DNA of 64,000 nt from Podarcis gaigeae. Taxonomy: Eukaryota. This document shows, in pieces, positions 50,008 to 61,422 of this stretch. Both the position numbers and the translations under genes were made by a program. The notes under the pieces were generated by a model. The model did no database searches. It was not told where the DNA came from and was given only the letters and a program-made list of their open reading frames with translations. The stretch lies in assembly GCA_964106915.2 (NCBI GenBank), contig OZ066919.1; one strand, written 5' to 3'. Position 1 is the first letter of the stretch; each line of letters begins with the position of its first letter.

Positions 50008-52675
50008 TAGCTGGCTTGCAAAAAGTTTCAAATTTACACTTACAGTCCAAGACATAGAGACATGAATCACAAGCGGTCATGTGCATAGAAGTCCTTTGAA
50101 CAGGAAAACTAACAACCTGATCCTGTAGAGTTCAGTGGCAGTTATTCCCAAGCAACTTGCGCAGGATTTCAGCCTGAGTTGTCTACATTCAGTGGGAGAA
50201 TTTCAAGCATATTTCACTCATATGAACATCACTTCTCTACATGAGAAGAAAAGTATTGTGAAGTGAAATCTAGATGATACACCATCTTAAACTCCCTTTG
50301 GGACATACCTTATTTTAATGTAAGTCATTTGACTATAAGGTAAAATGTAACATAAATACTTAGTCATAATCAGGGAAGCCATTACTAACTTGTCCGTTGA
50401 TTTCAGCAGATCTGATCTGAACATGACTTGATTGGATACAGCCCATAGCTTCTACAGATCTTTTTCCAAACATACATAAGCAAATCTTTTTCCAACATAC
50501 AATCAACAAAACAATTATTTCCCATGAGCGCCAAAGGTACAAGGGAAACCTTCCAATTACTGTCTCATTTTACATTTACCCTGAAACTAACACCACTTTA
50601 AATCTTTAAAGCCATTTAAATAAAAGCATCTCTGTATCAAAAGGTTTCAACTGCCGTTGTTTATCATTCAGATGATTTATTTGTTAAAACTGGATTTTAA
50701 AAATAACACTTCAACACTCAGGTGAAAGTAACACTTCTCAGGTGTAAGTAACAAGATTCCAGACAGTTGATGCATTCACACAGCTTTCTGTTGTAATAAA
50801 AGGAATCAATAGGATAGGCTATTAACTGTGATAACCTTTGACATTTTATTAGGAGATGGATAATCAAATGAAGTCTATTTCATTTGGTGGTTTTTTTTAC
50901 CCATTAGCAACTAGTACTGACTTAACTTGTCCATTGGCCCTTGCAGATTCATGCATCTAAACCCTACAAATTTACAAATTCCATTTGTGAACATTAATGG
51001 TTCAGTCTCACAGCAGTCTGTCATAGTGGCTATAATATTTGATTTCACTACGAGAGAGGGAAATTCAGATTGATACTCAGCTGTTAAATTCCCTGAATAG
51101 TTTTGAGCAAGTCACAATTGCTCAGCTTTCCCTACCTCACAGGGTAGTTGTGAGGTAACTTAAGAGCTCAGTGGGATAGAAATGGGGGAAAAACAACTTT
51201 GTAACGTGGAAGGAAATACTGTAATTCACTATCATGAGATTCATATTTGCATGTGGCTACTTTTACACTGGTTTCGCACAAGAGGTTTTGTATAGACAAC
51301 TACCTGGAAGGCACATGCCTGTGCATAATGACTTTTTCCAGGATAAGATCCACTCACTTGGCCACACAGTGCCTAAGCTAAATGCTGGATTCTCCTTCAT
51401 CTGGAATTGTGAGATCTGTGTGGGCAGTGCAGTGCATCCAGAAAAGAATTGTGTTTGTGCAGAATAGTTCGCTCTACATAGTACCTTTTTATAATATCTG
51501 AAGAGTGTACCCTACATCACCAATGTGGAGTTAAACTGCATGAGTGACTCCCCCTGTGCAGTCATATCTTAGGGGACATCAGGTGAACCTACTTTTTTAG
51601 GGCAGGGAGTCATTATCACAGAGGGCTCATTCCAACTTTGCCCCACAAAGCCCTGTCATTTGGAGAAACTGCATTAAGCAGAGGACAATGGAGACATATG
51701 GGCTGGTGTCATTGGTGAGGCCCCACTATATATCATCCAAGACACACACAAAACCCTCAGCAGAAGGGAGAGGTGCACTAAGTAAACATGCAGAGAGGGT
51801 TTGAAAGAGACACAATGGAAGTGGTGTCTCCACTGAATCCACCACTCCTGAGCACCTGCTTTATGAAAAGAGGCTACCCTGGGGGGCATTGTGAAACTAT
51901 CAGAGCCTCATAAAAACAAGAGATGAAGAGCCTTTTTAAGCACACACATTTGCCCTGCCCCAGGTCAGTGTGAAAGATAGCCCATGGGCCTTGCAAATGT
52001 AGTTCATGTTTGCATTTCCCCATAGTTTCTCCTTGCTCTTAGGATGCCCTCTGTGAGTTCAGTAACTAAGGGTCCACACCTAGAGGTCCGCTTTCAGTCA
52101 CACCTCTAAAATGATAACAATTGTACCACTGCAAGTCCTTGTGAGTTCCTTCCCTTTCATAGCATCCAAAGAAGTTGCCGCCCTAGCTCAGTTCCACCCC
52201 CCCAACAAGGTACTCTTGAGGTGCTTTTGTTCAAAGCAGGTTTAATTTTTAAACATGGTTTGTGTTGCTGTTCCATTGCCAAAAAAATGTGCACCTATGA
52301 GCCAAGACAAAATGCAGTAAATGTTTCTGCAGCTGCTGGTTTCTCTGCATCTTATGAGAAAATTAAGAAATTACATATGCAGCTGTGCATGGTACTTACA
52401 CAAGACAATTGAAGGAAGAAGACCCGCAGAGAAGGAAGGAGTGCAAGAAATTGGTTTATGCACAATGCTGTTGCGAGTACAGCATTCCAACCCAAATGGC
52501 CTTCATGCTTCCCAGATGGTACTCTTGGTTAGTCTTCGTTTCCACATTGAGATTCTGTGCTTGTGCAGAATACGCGGATATACATGTTTGTAGTGGAGGA
52601 GAGGTGCAACTTGCCTCCTGTACCTTACTGACTATGAAACTTTAGGAACTTGAAACCTTAAGTAAATATGACATT

Positions 52676-52726
52676 CTTTCCTTTCCTTTCCTTTCCTTTC
52701 CTTTCCTTTCCTTTCCTTTCCTTTCC
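52676..52726. repeat. (CTTTC)n pentanucleotide repeat
   Basis: Seen directly. Confidence 0.95.
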
Positions 52727-53051
52727 ATCTATCTCTTTTTATTAGCTCTATATGGCCTTTCAAACCATTTGTCCCTCACTTTATAAACCACCATGAATAG
52801 TTAAAGCCAATAAATAGGGTTGTAATCCATTTTATCTTTGGGTATAGAATGTAAATTGTGATCTCCCTTGACTCTGTAATTCAGATATTGCAACAGCTGC
52901 CAGGGTAATCAGAATTCACAGAAGAAAGGGGCAGAGCTCACTCAGTAGCAGACATGCTTGGCATACACACAGCTCCGTTTCAATCCCTGACATCTCCAGG
53001 AGGGGCTGGGAAAAACTCAAGCCAGAAGAGCCAATAACAGTGTGAACTTAC

Positions 53052-53179
53052 GGTAGCCAACATGGTGCCCTTTGGATGTTGGATTACAGTGCCCATCAGC
53101 CCTGACTGTTGGCCGTTCTGGATGGGGCTGATGGGAGTTGGAGTCCCAACAACATCTGAAGAGCCACAGGCTACCCCCT
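53052..53179. mobile_element. Diverged palindromic hAT-type MITE
   Basis: gatgttggattacagtgcccatcagccc...gggctgatgggagttggagtcccaacaacatc inverted core. Confidence 0.65.
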
Positions 53180-54917
53180 GCTTCCCCCTGCCTTGGCATA
53201 GACAATTCTGAAGCAGATGGATCAATGGCCGGAGTTAATATAAGGAACGTTCCTGTGTATTTATGGTCAGGTGACATGTTTCCATATCAGGGAACTTTTA
53301 AATATATATTCTTCCTTTTCTTCAGTTGATAATGAACTTTTCCCTGCCCTGCTTCTGTTCTGTGCCAGTGTCTATAGGCCATGTCACTAATGCATTTTTA
53401 CCATATTTATTTATTTATAAAATTTGTATACCCCCCTTCATCCGAAGATCACAACATAAAAATACAAAATGACAACAAAAGATCACAAGAGATGTGGGTC
53501 ATTATGTTTTCATCTAGATTCACCTTTCTCTTAGACTTACTCTAGTACTCAGAGAGAGAGAAAAGCACTATCAGTGTTGCCTTGAGTACTGATAAACCTA
53601 AACCATTGTTCCCAGCAACCCTACCTGGACTGCAATAGTCTGGCCGCAGTCTGGCCTCAACCATGTTAATTGTTTTTAATCTGGCTTTAAGATTTTGTTC
53701 CCTTTCAATCCTTGTGATTTATGACTGTTTGGATTTTTTATTGAAGACTGGTACAAGTTGGTGTGAAACTTGGAACAGTGAACACACTTGGGTTTAGATG
53801 CACAGCCATTCAATTTTCAGAATTAAATACTTGTTTGGGTCCCTCAGATGTTCCCCTCTCAAGACTAATATTTGATTCCAGTTGTAGAGTTGCAAAGACT
53901 GTGTACAACTGTTCCAGCATTGGCCAGCACCAGAAATTCATTAATGATATGTCAAATGCACACACCTTATACCTCAATGAATTGTGGTGCTGCGGGATGT
54001 TTTATGTTTTTGAATATTGTTGTTTTGCAAGGAGCTTAGAACACCATAAAGAAAGCAAATTTACTGATGCCTTTAAGTGACTTTCAGGAGCTGTTCTTCA
54101 ATAAAACAGCTGAATTTTACTACACGGCAACATGACTTTGTCTGTGTGCATGTTACCGGCAGTACTCAGAGTTCACAGCCGATAAAAAGATCCTCATACA
54201 GGATTGGATATTGACTATGGAGGTCATGAGGAAGTCTAAGCAAGATGTCACATTGATGAAGGGCATGTAGATACGTATTGGTGGTATACTGTGCTGATGA
54301 GCTGTGTGCTTTTATGATGCCTGCCATTTTTCAGGAAGGAAAACCACATAAATCTGTGAAAATGTTGCTTTTGATTACTTACGTTTTAAAACGCACTGCT
54401 GAGGCAGTTCCCCACAAATGTCAAGACTTGAAATGGTAAAACTGATGACTGCAGTTGTGCTTACAGTTATTTGCTCTCAAATCCATTAATATAAATGAAA
54501 TTTAAGTGCACTTAAGTGAGCGCAGTGTTGCTGCTGAGATTCGTACGATTCTAAATGGTAGCTATAGAGCAATACTCTGAAATGGTCTGATGTTTGCTGG
54601 CAGAGCTTTCTTCTTCCTTCTCATTTGTTCTCATTAGGGATGTTTTCAAGGGTCAGAAAAAGTGCTCAATAGGGATACTTCTGAAGCTGAACAGGAAAGT
54701 GGAATGGGCATGTTCCTTGGTCGAACTACCTTTCCTTCTCCCCCTGCCTTTCCCCATTGTTGTATAATTTCAGCAAAATGATATACAAATATTTATTTAA
54801 TTGATTGTTATATATATATATATATATATATATGCTTTCGTAGATTTTCACGGGTACAGGAATGCAGGTTTTGGTGTCCTCGGGTGTCTTCCCGTGTAAA
54901 AGTTGGGGTGTCTAGGC

Positions 54918-54951
54918 GACGTTTCGACGAGGTCTCACTCGTCATCTTCAG
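54918..54951 (-). ncRNA. Minimal hammerhead ribozyme motif, copy 1
   Basis: Reverse complement of CTGAAGA-T-GACGAG-TGAGAC-CTCGTC-GAAA-C-GTC. Confidence 0.75.
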
Positions 54952-55679
54952 GCTGGTGCTTTCGGCTTCTTGTTACTGGAACAGAGCGGGATCTCAATGT
55001 TTGAGTTCCTATAAATACTGTAGAGGGGGTGTGGTGTCTAGCCTCCAATGTTCTGGGCAGAGAGGAAGTTCCCAGGCTAGTGTGCCTTTTCTTCTTTTGT
55101 TCCTTAATTACTTGAGAGATACCTTGAGTGATTTCTTGAGTGATATCCTGAGTACCACTTAGGTGGGTCATACAGAACGCCAACACCAATCAACCACACC
55201 AGACCCAAACCCAGACCCTCTCCACAGATGAATTACTGACACCATCCAGTAGCCAATCCATGGTGGCACCTCCGGATGCTGCACCCCCCTGCAATCCCTA
55301 CACAGATCTGGCTGACACAAGCCACAAAACCACAGCTCGCCCCTATACACGAAGCCAAGCCAAAGCACAACTAAGTGCAATACAGCCATCTTCTCAGGAA
55401 AACTCTTCACAAAGTTCAAGAGGTCAAGACACAAAGACTTTAGCAACTAATCCACACCTATGACCCACCTAAGTGGTACTCAGGATATCACTCAAGAAAT
55501 CACTCAAGGTATCTCTCAAGTAATTAAGGAACAAAAGAAGAAAAGGCACACTAGCCTGGGAACTTCCTCTCTGCCCAGAACATTGGAGGCTAGACACCAC
55601 ACCCCCTCTACAGTATTTATAGGAACTCAAACATTGAGATCCCGCTCTGTTCCAGTAACAAGAAGCCGAAAGCACCAGC

Positions 55680-55713
55680 CTGAAGATGACGAGTGAGACC
55701 TCGTCGAAACGTC
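55680..55713 (+). ncRNA. Minimal hammerhead ribozyme motif, copy 2
   Basis: CUGAAGA core, 6-bp stem II GACGAG/CUCGUC, GAAA, palindromic ACGU stem III and a GUC triplet; predicted cleavage after 55713. Confidence 0.78.
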
Positions 55714-55764
55714 GCCTAGACACCCCAACTTTTACACGGGAAGACACCCGAGGACACCAAAACC

Positions 55765-55803
<39 letters not shown>

Positions 55804-55885
55804 TTTCGTAGATTTTCACGGGTACAGGAATGCAGGTTTTGGTGTCCTCGGGTGTCTTCCCGTGTAAAAGTTGGGGTGTCTAGGC

Positions 55886-55919
55886 GACGTTTCGACGAGG
55901 TCTCACTCGTCATCTTCAG
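55886..55919 (-). ncRNA. Minimal hammerhead ribozyme motif, copy 3
   Basis: Identical to copy 1. Confidence 0.75.
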
Positions 55920-55947
55920 GCTGGTGCTTTCGGCCGAAAGCACCAGC

Positions 55948-55981
55948 CTGAAGATGACGAGTGAGACCTCGTCGAAACGTC
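55948..55981 (+). ncRNA. Minimal hammerhead ribozyme motif, copy 4
   Basis: Identical to copy 2. Confidence 0.78.
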
Positions 55982-56313
55982 GCCTAGACACCCCAACTTT
56001 TACACGGGAAGACACCCGAGGACACCAAAACCTGCATATATATATATATATATATCAGATGGCCTAAACTTCCAGACACTTACCTAGGGTTCAGTTTCTG
56101 TGGAATGAAGAACATTAGAGACTGTGGTGTCTTTATGATATATGGTTTGTTTACACACATATACAACCCAAGCCTATGATGGAGGGGCTTAAAGCACTGA
56201 CACCCCAAGGGGTTTTTGTTTCTCCTATGGCCATAGCCTTGGATTCCAGTAGAAATCAGACATGGTTCTGTCTCCAAGCTGCCTAATCTGCAACCTTGCT
56301 TGTAGCTTCTACC

Positions 56314-56315
<2 letters not shown>

Positions 56316-56349
<34 letters not shown>
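56316..56349. repeat. (CA)n microsatellite
   Basis: Seen directly. Confidence 0.95.
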
Positions 56350-56351
<2 letters not shown>

Positions 56352-56832
56352 AACTCTGGCCTTTGTCTTTCTAACTACCAGTGAGTTGAGGGAGGCCCAT
56401 CCATTTGGTATCTGACACAGAGCTACTTCCTTTGTTACCTTAATGACCCATACTTAGAGGGCCATTACCTCGCCAGGAAGCTAGCCTGGCTATTCAAGGA
56501 ATTGAATCTGTTCTGGATTCAGGAATTGGAAGGGGGCTCAGGTATACAACCTACCCCTACCCTGCAACTCATAACACTAGGTGCTAAGGGGTGACTTGGA
56601 ATACTCTTGTCTTTTCAGCATTCCAGCTGCATACAATACATGCAGGTGGGTTCCAAGTATTACTGCCACACACTTTCTCACTGCTCTGGAGCTCTTCAGG
56701 CAGATTGACATAACAGCTTCAGTGGAAGCCAGCACAGAAAAAGTTTGCATCCCAGACAAAGATGTGGCTGTTATGGATTGCTTATGGCAAAGCTCTCGTT
56801 TGTAGACCTGGCTCTGCCATTACTGTTGGATT

Positions 56833-57481
56833 CTCACTCGCTGGATCATCACCTTGTCGTGGTGAGTGGGTTTGCACATTCCTATGACCCTTAAGAGTGA
56901 AGCCGTCGGAAATCTCGTACTCCCAGCAGGGTCACCCAAGGTGGTAAGGTCAAAGGGAAGGAGCTAGACAAGAATGACCCAAGAAGTCCTCAATGGCAGA
57001 ACAGGCGGATGATAACAAACAGTATGTTACAATGGCTGTGAAGGTGGATGAAGGCTGCAACAGATAGGAATCTACTGGTTCATCGTGACTACTCATGCTA
57101 TCAGAACAGTGCCCTACTGCGAAGACTGTGCATTGGTCAGCGTTCTACACACATAAAGCAAATTCACACACAGGCGTCTTCCAAAAACCCATCCCAAACC
57201 CAAACCCCAAAAGTCCCGTGGCGATCGGCAAATGGTAACAGGGGCAGGATCGTCAAATTTCGAAGCCCCTAGTCAAGAACTGGCACATGGCTGGTGGATA
57301 GGTTCAGTCGTTCTGACTCAAGGAATGACTGAGCAGCCCTTTTTAGGATCCACTCTGCTCACCCTGAAAAGGAGGAGGGAGGGGCTAGAAAAGGTGCCCT
57401 AAACATAGTCTGCCTCCCTTTTCCGCTGTCTGGATTAAAACCATGTTTATGTAAGACAATCTTACTCGGCTACGAGTGATC

Positions 57482-57533
<52 letters not shown>

Positions 57534-57535
57534 AG
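56833..57535 (+). mobile_element. Short non-autonomous RTE-derived retroelement (RTE-like 5' UTR, no RT ORF, (GAAA)n tail)
   Basis: The 5' motif ggatcatcaccttgtcgtggtgagtggg...gggtcacccaag...gacaag resembles recalled RTE/BovB 5' UTRs. Tail at 57482-57535. 11-bp TSD actgttggatt (56822-56832) and actattggatt (57536-57546), 1 mismatch. Confidence 0.75.
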
Positions 57536-59753
57536 ACTATTGGATTAGATGAGTCTACAGGTCTGAGGCACGTGTGCTTTAAAGCACCATTAGTTAAAAA
57601 AAACCAAAGATGTAAGCCTACCTTGAATCATGCTTAGAAGGGTATAAGCACCTTTCAGTTGCTTATAGACTCCAGGAGTAGTAGCCATGCTCTGCTTCCT
57701 AATGAACTCTTCTCCCAGGGGAAGAAGGGAACTGGACTGCCAACTTTTTACCAGTGGGACATAACCTTCATTTTACCTCAAATCCCTTGTGACCCACTGA
57801 TTGTTCTATACAGCTGGCCTGGGGAAATTGCTTAGATTTGTCACCAGAACCAGACATTAATTACAAGTTTAGCTGAAAGGCATATGTGGCAGACAATAGC
57901 ACAGCATGGAAGTAGTGTGTGTATATGGAGCAGGGGGTAGAGGTCTGGTTCAGAACTTACGTTCTGCTACTGTTTTCAGTTTCAAGTGCTGTCTGCTGGC
58001 CTAGTGACTGGCTGAGGACAAAGGGAGAGTACAACATGCAGATCTGAGCTCATGATACATTTGCTACATTCCATGTTAGAGAACCTAAGGAGAAATACCA
58101 TTTGCCTTACATCCACCAGTAGCAGGTCTTTCGGTGTTGTGGCCCCTTTAATGTACAATTCATTACTATTGTGATAAGGCTGCTCCAACAATTGAGGGTA
58201 CAACCCAAACCTCCTTTTCACCAGGTTAGAAGGGGGTATTGGGCAAATGTGCCCATCAGTCCACCTGGTGGCCTCCACCCACACTCCGTTGACACAAACG
58301 TGGTTCAGCTACCAAGATCTAGTGAAAAGACCTGAAATGAGGCAGTCAGAGGGTGGGCTGACTTGCCCCAGGGCCCACTGGATCTCAAGCTGGCCCAATG
58401 GCAGTGGGCCTGATAAGGGCTGGACTGCTGCACCAGCTTCAGGCTGCCTAGCTTCCTTCTGCCCAGGTGGTACATGTGGCAGGGCTCCTGCTTTAAGAAT
58501 GCCTGGTGACAGCCAGGTTTTGGCTTCCACCTTTCCTCTTTTTGATTCTACTCTTTTCTTTTACATGCATACTCAGTACTTTTTTATTTACCCAAGACTA
58601 TACTGAATGAAATTCTTAATGATTTTCCACTGCTCATTTTCTAGTGTTATTTGTTATTTTAACTCTATTACTTTTGCTGCAAGTTTTATACTTACCGGTA
58701 TCTTTAGTTTTCTGTACACCGCTATGATATTATAATGTGAGCAGGTGATGAATAAATAATATTCCAAACAGGTTTGATTCAACGACTCAAGAGTTCTTCA
58801 CATTTCTTTCTGGTATTCTTCTGTAACCATCTGTTAAAATGAACCTGAACCTGAATAGATGCCCAGTTTTGATTAACAAATTGTTAGTTTGGTGCAGCTT
58901 TTATTGTATGTTCAGTACACTTATCAAAGTTCCTTGGTATTGCCCCAGGCTTTTCTGAATTTTTCTTTATGTAAGAATTAGGGAGGGGGACAATGAGTTT
59001 TAGAATCTGGAGTTTTCCCATAAATACCAATAATTTAAAGAATTTTGGTTTATTTTTGTTTTCCTTTTGTCTGTTTCTCTTTCTTGAGGATTAATCAGCA
59101 TGTGAAATAGAAAAGAGTCCCACACTTTTACAAACCTTCACTGCAATCAGTTGACTTTATTACACAAATTTTAATTTTGAAACTGTTGGGGCAGGGGATT
59201 ATAACTTTGTGCAATGAGAACTAAATTGATATAGTGCTATATCGTTAAATCTTTCTGCATAGTAAAATAGGGAAGAGAGAGATGTGAACCAGATATGTGT
59301 TGCGGAAACCACTTTTCTACTCAATGCCTGTGGTTACACATGCTTGTAAAAGTGAAATCTGTAGTCAAATTAGTGTGATGTTAAAACATGGAAGAGAGCT
59401 TGTGAGCTGTTTCTTGTAGTCTGCAAATACAGCAAGAAAACATCTTCATGAGTCCCTGTATTTATTTTAGTACTTAGGTAGCATATCCCATTATTTCCAG
59501 CACACTACAGCTATGCCAAATCTCCCAGTGTCATATATCTCTATTAGTTATCTGTGACTTGCAAGGACATTTTTTAAAATCTCCTGGCGAACAAATGCAG
59601 AAGAGAAAATGCTTCTCTTTCATGTACAGAGTCAGACACACACCAAATTGAGTCTTGTCTGTAGACTCAAGTTGCACATGTTGGTGCAAGTAGCACATGG
59701 ATTGGAACAAGTTCTGATGTTTTGTTTGTGTCCAACTCCAGTGACATCAATAG

Positions 59754-60080
<327 letters not shown>

Positions 60081-60720
60081 TGATGAACATATCCCTGATA
60101 AGAGCACAAACCCAAACTCATTGGAACACCACATTTCAAATCTTGCCCTCATTTGACAAATCTCCCTATGTATTTATTGCATTAGGACCACTTAACACTT
60201 TACATTTTTAGGTGCACACATTGGATTTGTTAATTGTGCATCTAAAATTGTAATGTCCAACAGAGGTCTCCACTAACGGAAGAGGAAAGCAGACAGCATT
60301 TGATGATTCCCCCTGCACCACCCAACAACACTTTGATGTTGGCCTCCACTAGATCAAAGACTTCGGCAAGCAGAAGAACTATTTAGTTTGCACAAGAATG
60401 CTGTTGGATGCCATCCTGAATTTTGGGAGGTGGAGGAAGGTTCAAGCTTAAATGCAGCAGACACACACTTTCATCATGTACCTTTCCATGCTAGGAGTTA
60501 GCTCTCATTAAACTGTGCAGTTGATTATCGAAACATATACCGTTATCACTAATAGCTATTGGAAAATAATTATACACGAAATTTGTTACAGCATATCCTT
60601 AAAAGTACACAGCACACACAATATGTCATAATTGTTGATTTTGTGCTGAAAAGCTGATCAAGAAGAAGCCAGGCATTTACTAGGATCTTCATAGAACCCT
60701 CTCTCACTTATTTCCCACAG

Positions 60721-60864
60721 GGTAAAAATCTGTGTCCCCCTGCCACTGGTGGAGCAAAGCTGAATTACACTGTTCTGATTGGAGAGACTCCTTGTGCTGT
60801 CACCGTCTCTGAGACCCAGCTGCTGTGTGAACCACCAAATCTCACAGGGCAACACAAAGTTATG
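60721..60864 (+). CDS. PLXNA2: Plexin-A2 coding exon (last IPT), 144 bp
   Basis: ttcccacag|GGT ... ATG|gtgagg. Translates [48 protein letters not shown]. Confidence 0.95.
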
Positions 60865-61289
60865 GTGAGGTCCAAGAAGAATACTTTTGTCTACCCATCT
60901 TCTGATTTTGATTTCCCCCTCTTAGTGATGATTTGGAAGTAGTATCCCTTTCTGCTTCATCTACTGTTCTGGCTTTTGACATGGAGCTGAGATAGGGCGC
61001 AATCCTTTGATGTGAATGTCCCAGATTTTTCAGAGATACAGGAAATCCAGATGCATGTCTTTGAATACTCCTATGAATTTTATTGAAGGATGACATGGAT
61101 ATTTTTCTAAATAAATGAATGAATTTGATAACACACTGCAATAAAACATTTTAACTTTTACATGTAAATATATAACACCTTGTAGAAGTTATTGCTGCAG
61201 GGACTAGACTGTGGAGGAAAGGGATATCAATGACTAATCACCATGATGGCTGTGTTGTATTGCACTGCTGGGGACAGTGTGACTGCATA

Positions 61290-61422
61290 CTGGGAATGAC
61301 CAGTGGGAAGAGTCCTGTTGCGCTCTGGTCCTGCCATTATAGCCTTCTGGTTGGCCATTGTGGGAATAGGATGCTGGACTAGATGGATCTGTTGATTGAT
61401 CCAGTAGGGTTCTTCCTATGTA
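61290..61422 (+). mobile_element. Old CR1-type 3' end remnant
   Basis: ggatgctggactagatggatctgttgattgatccagtagggttcttcctatgt resembles a CR1-like terminal stem-loop and tail. Confidence 0.55.

Larger units (their letters stand above)
54834..55769. mobile_element. Young Penelope-like element: inverted pseudo-LTR with 28-bp tail plus 5'-truncated forward copy
   Basis: 54862-55172 is the exact reverse complement of 55459-55769 (311 bp) around a 286-bp spacer. Each arm has a hammerhead core, and (TA)n flanks both sides. Confidence 0.85.
55802..56037. mobile_element. Second, minimal Penelope-like unit: 28-bp tail plus perfect 208-bp palindrome
   Basis: 55830-55933 and 55934-56037 are reverse complements with no spacer (centre cgg|ccg); identical to the termini of the first unit; flanked by (TA)n. 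Confidence 0.85.

Noticed and set aside
55716-56067. Mirror-image ORFs (MSSRVKVGVSRRRFDEV...) on both strands
   Set aside because: They follow directly from the palindrome and use non-ATG starts.
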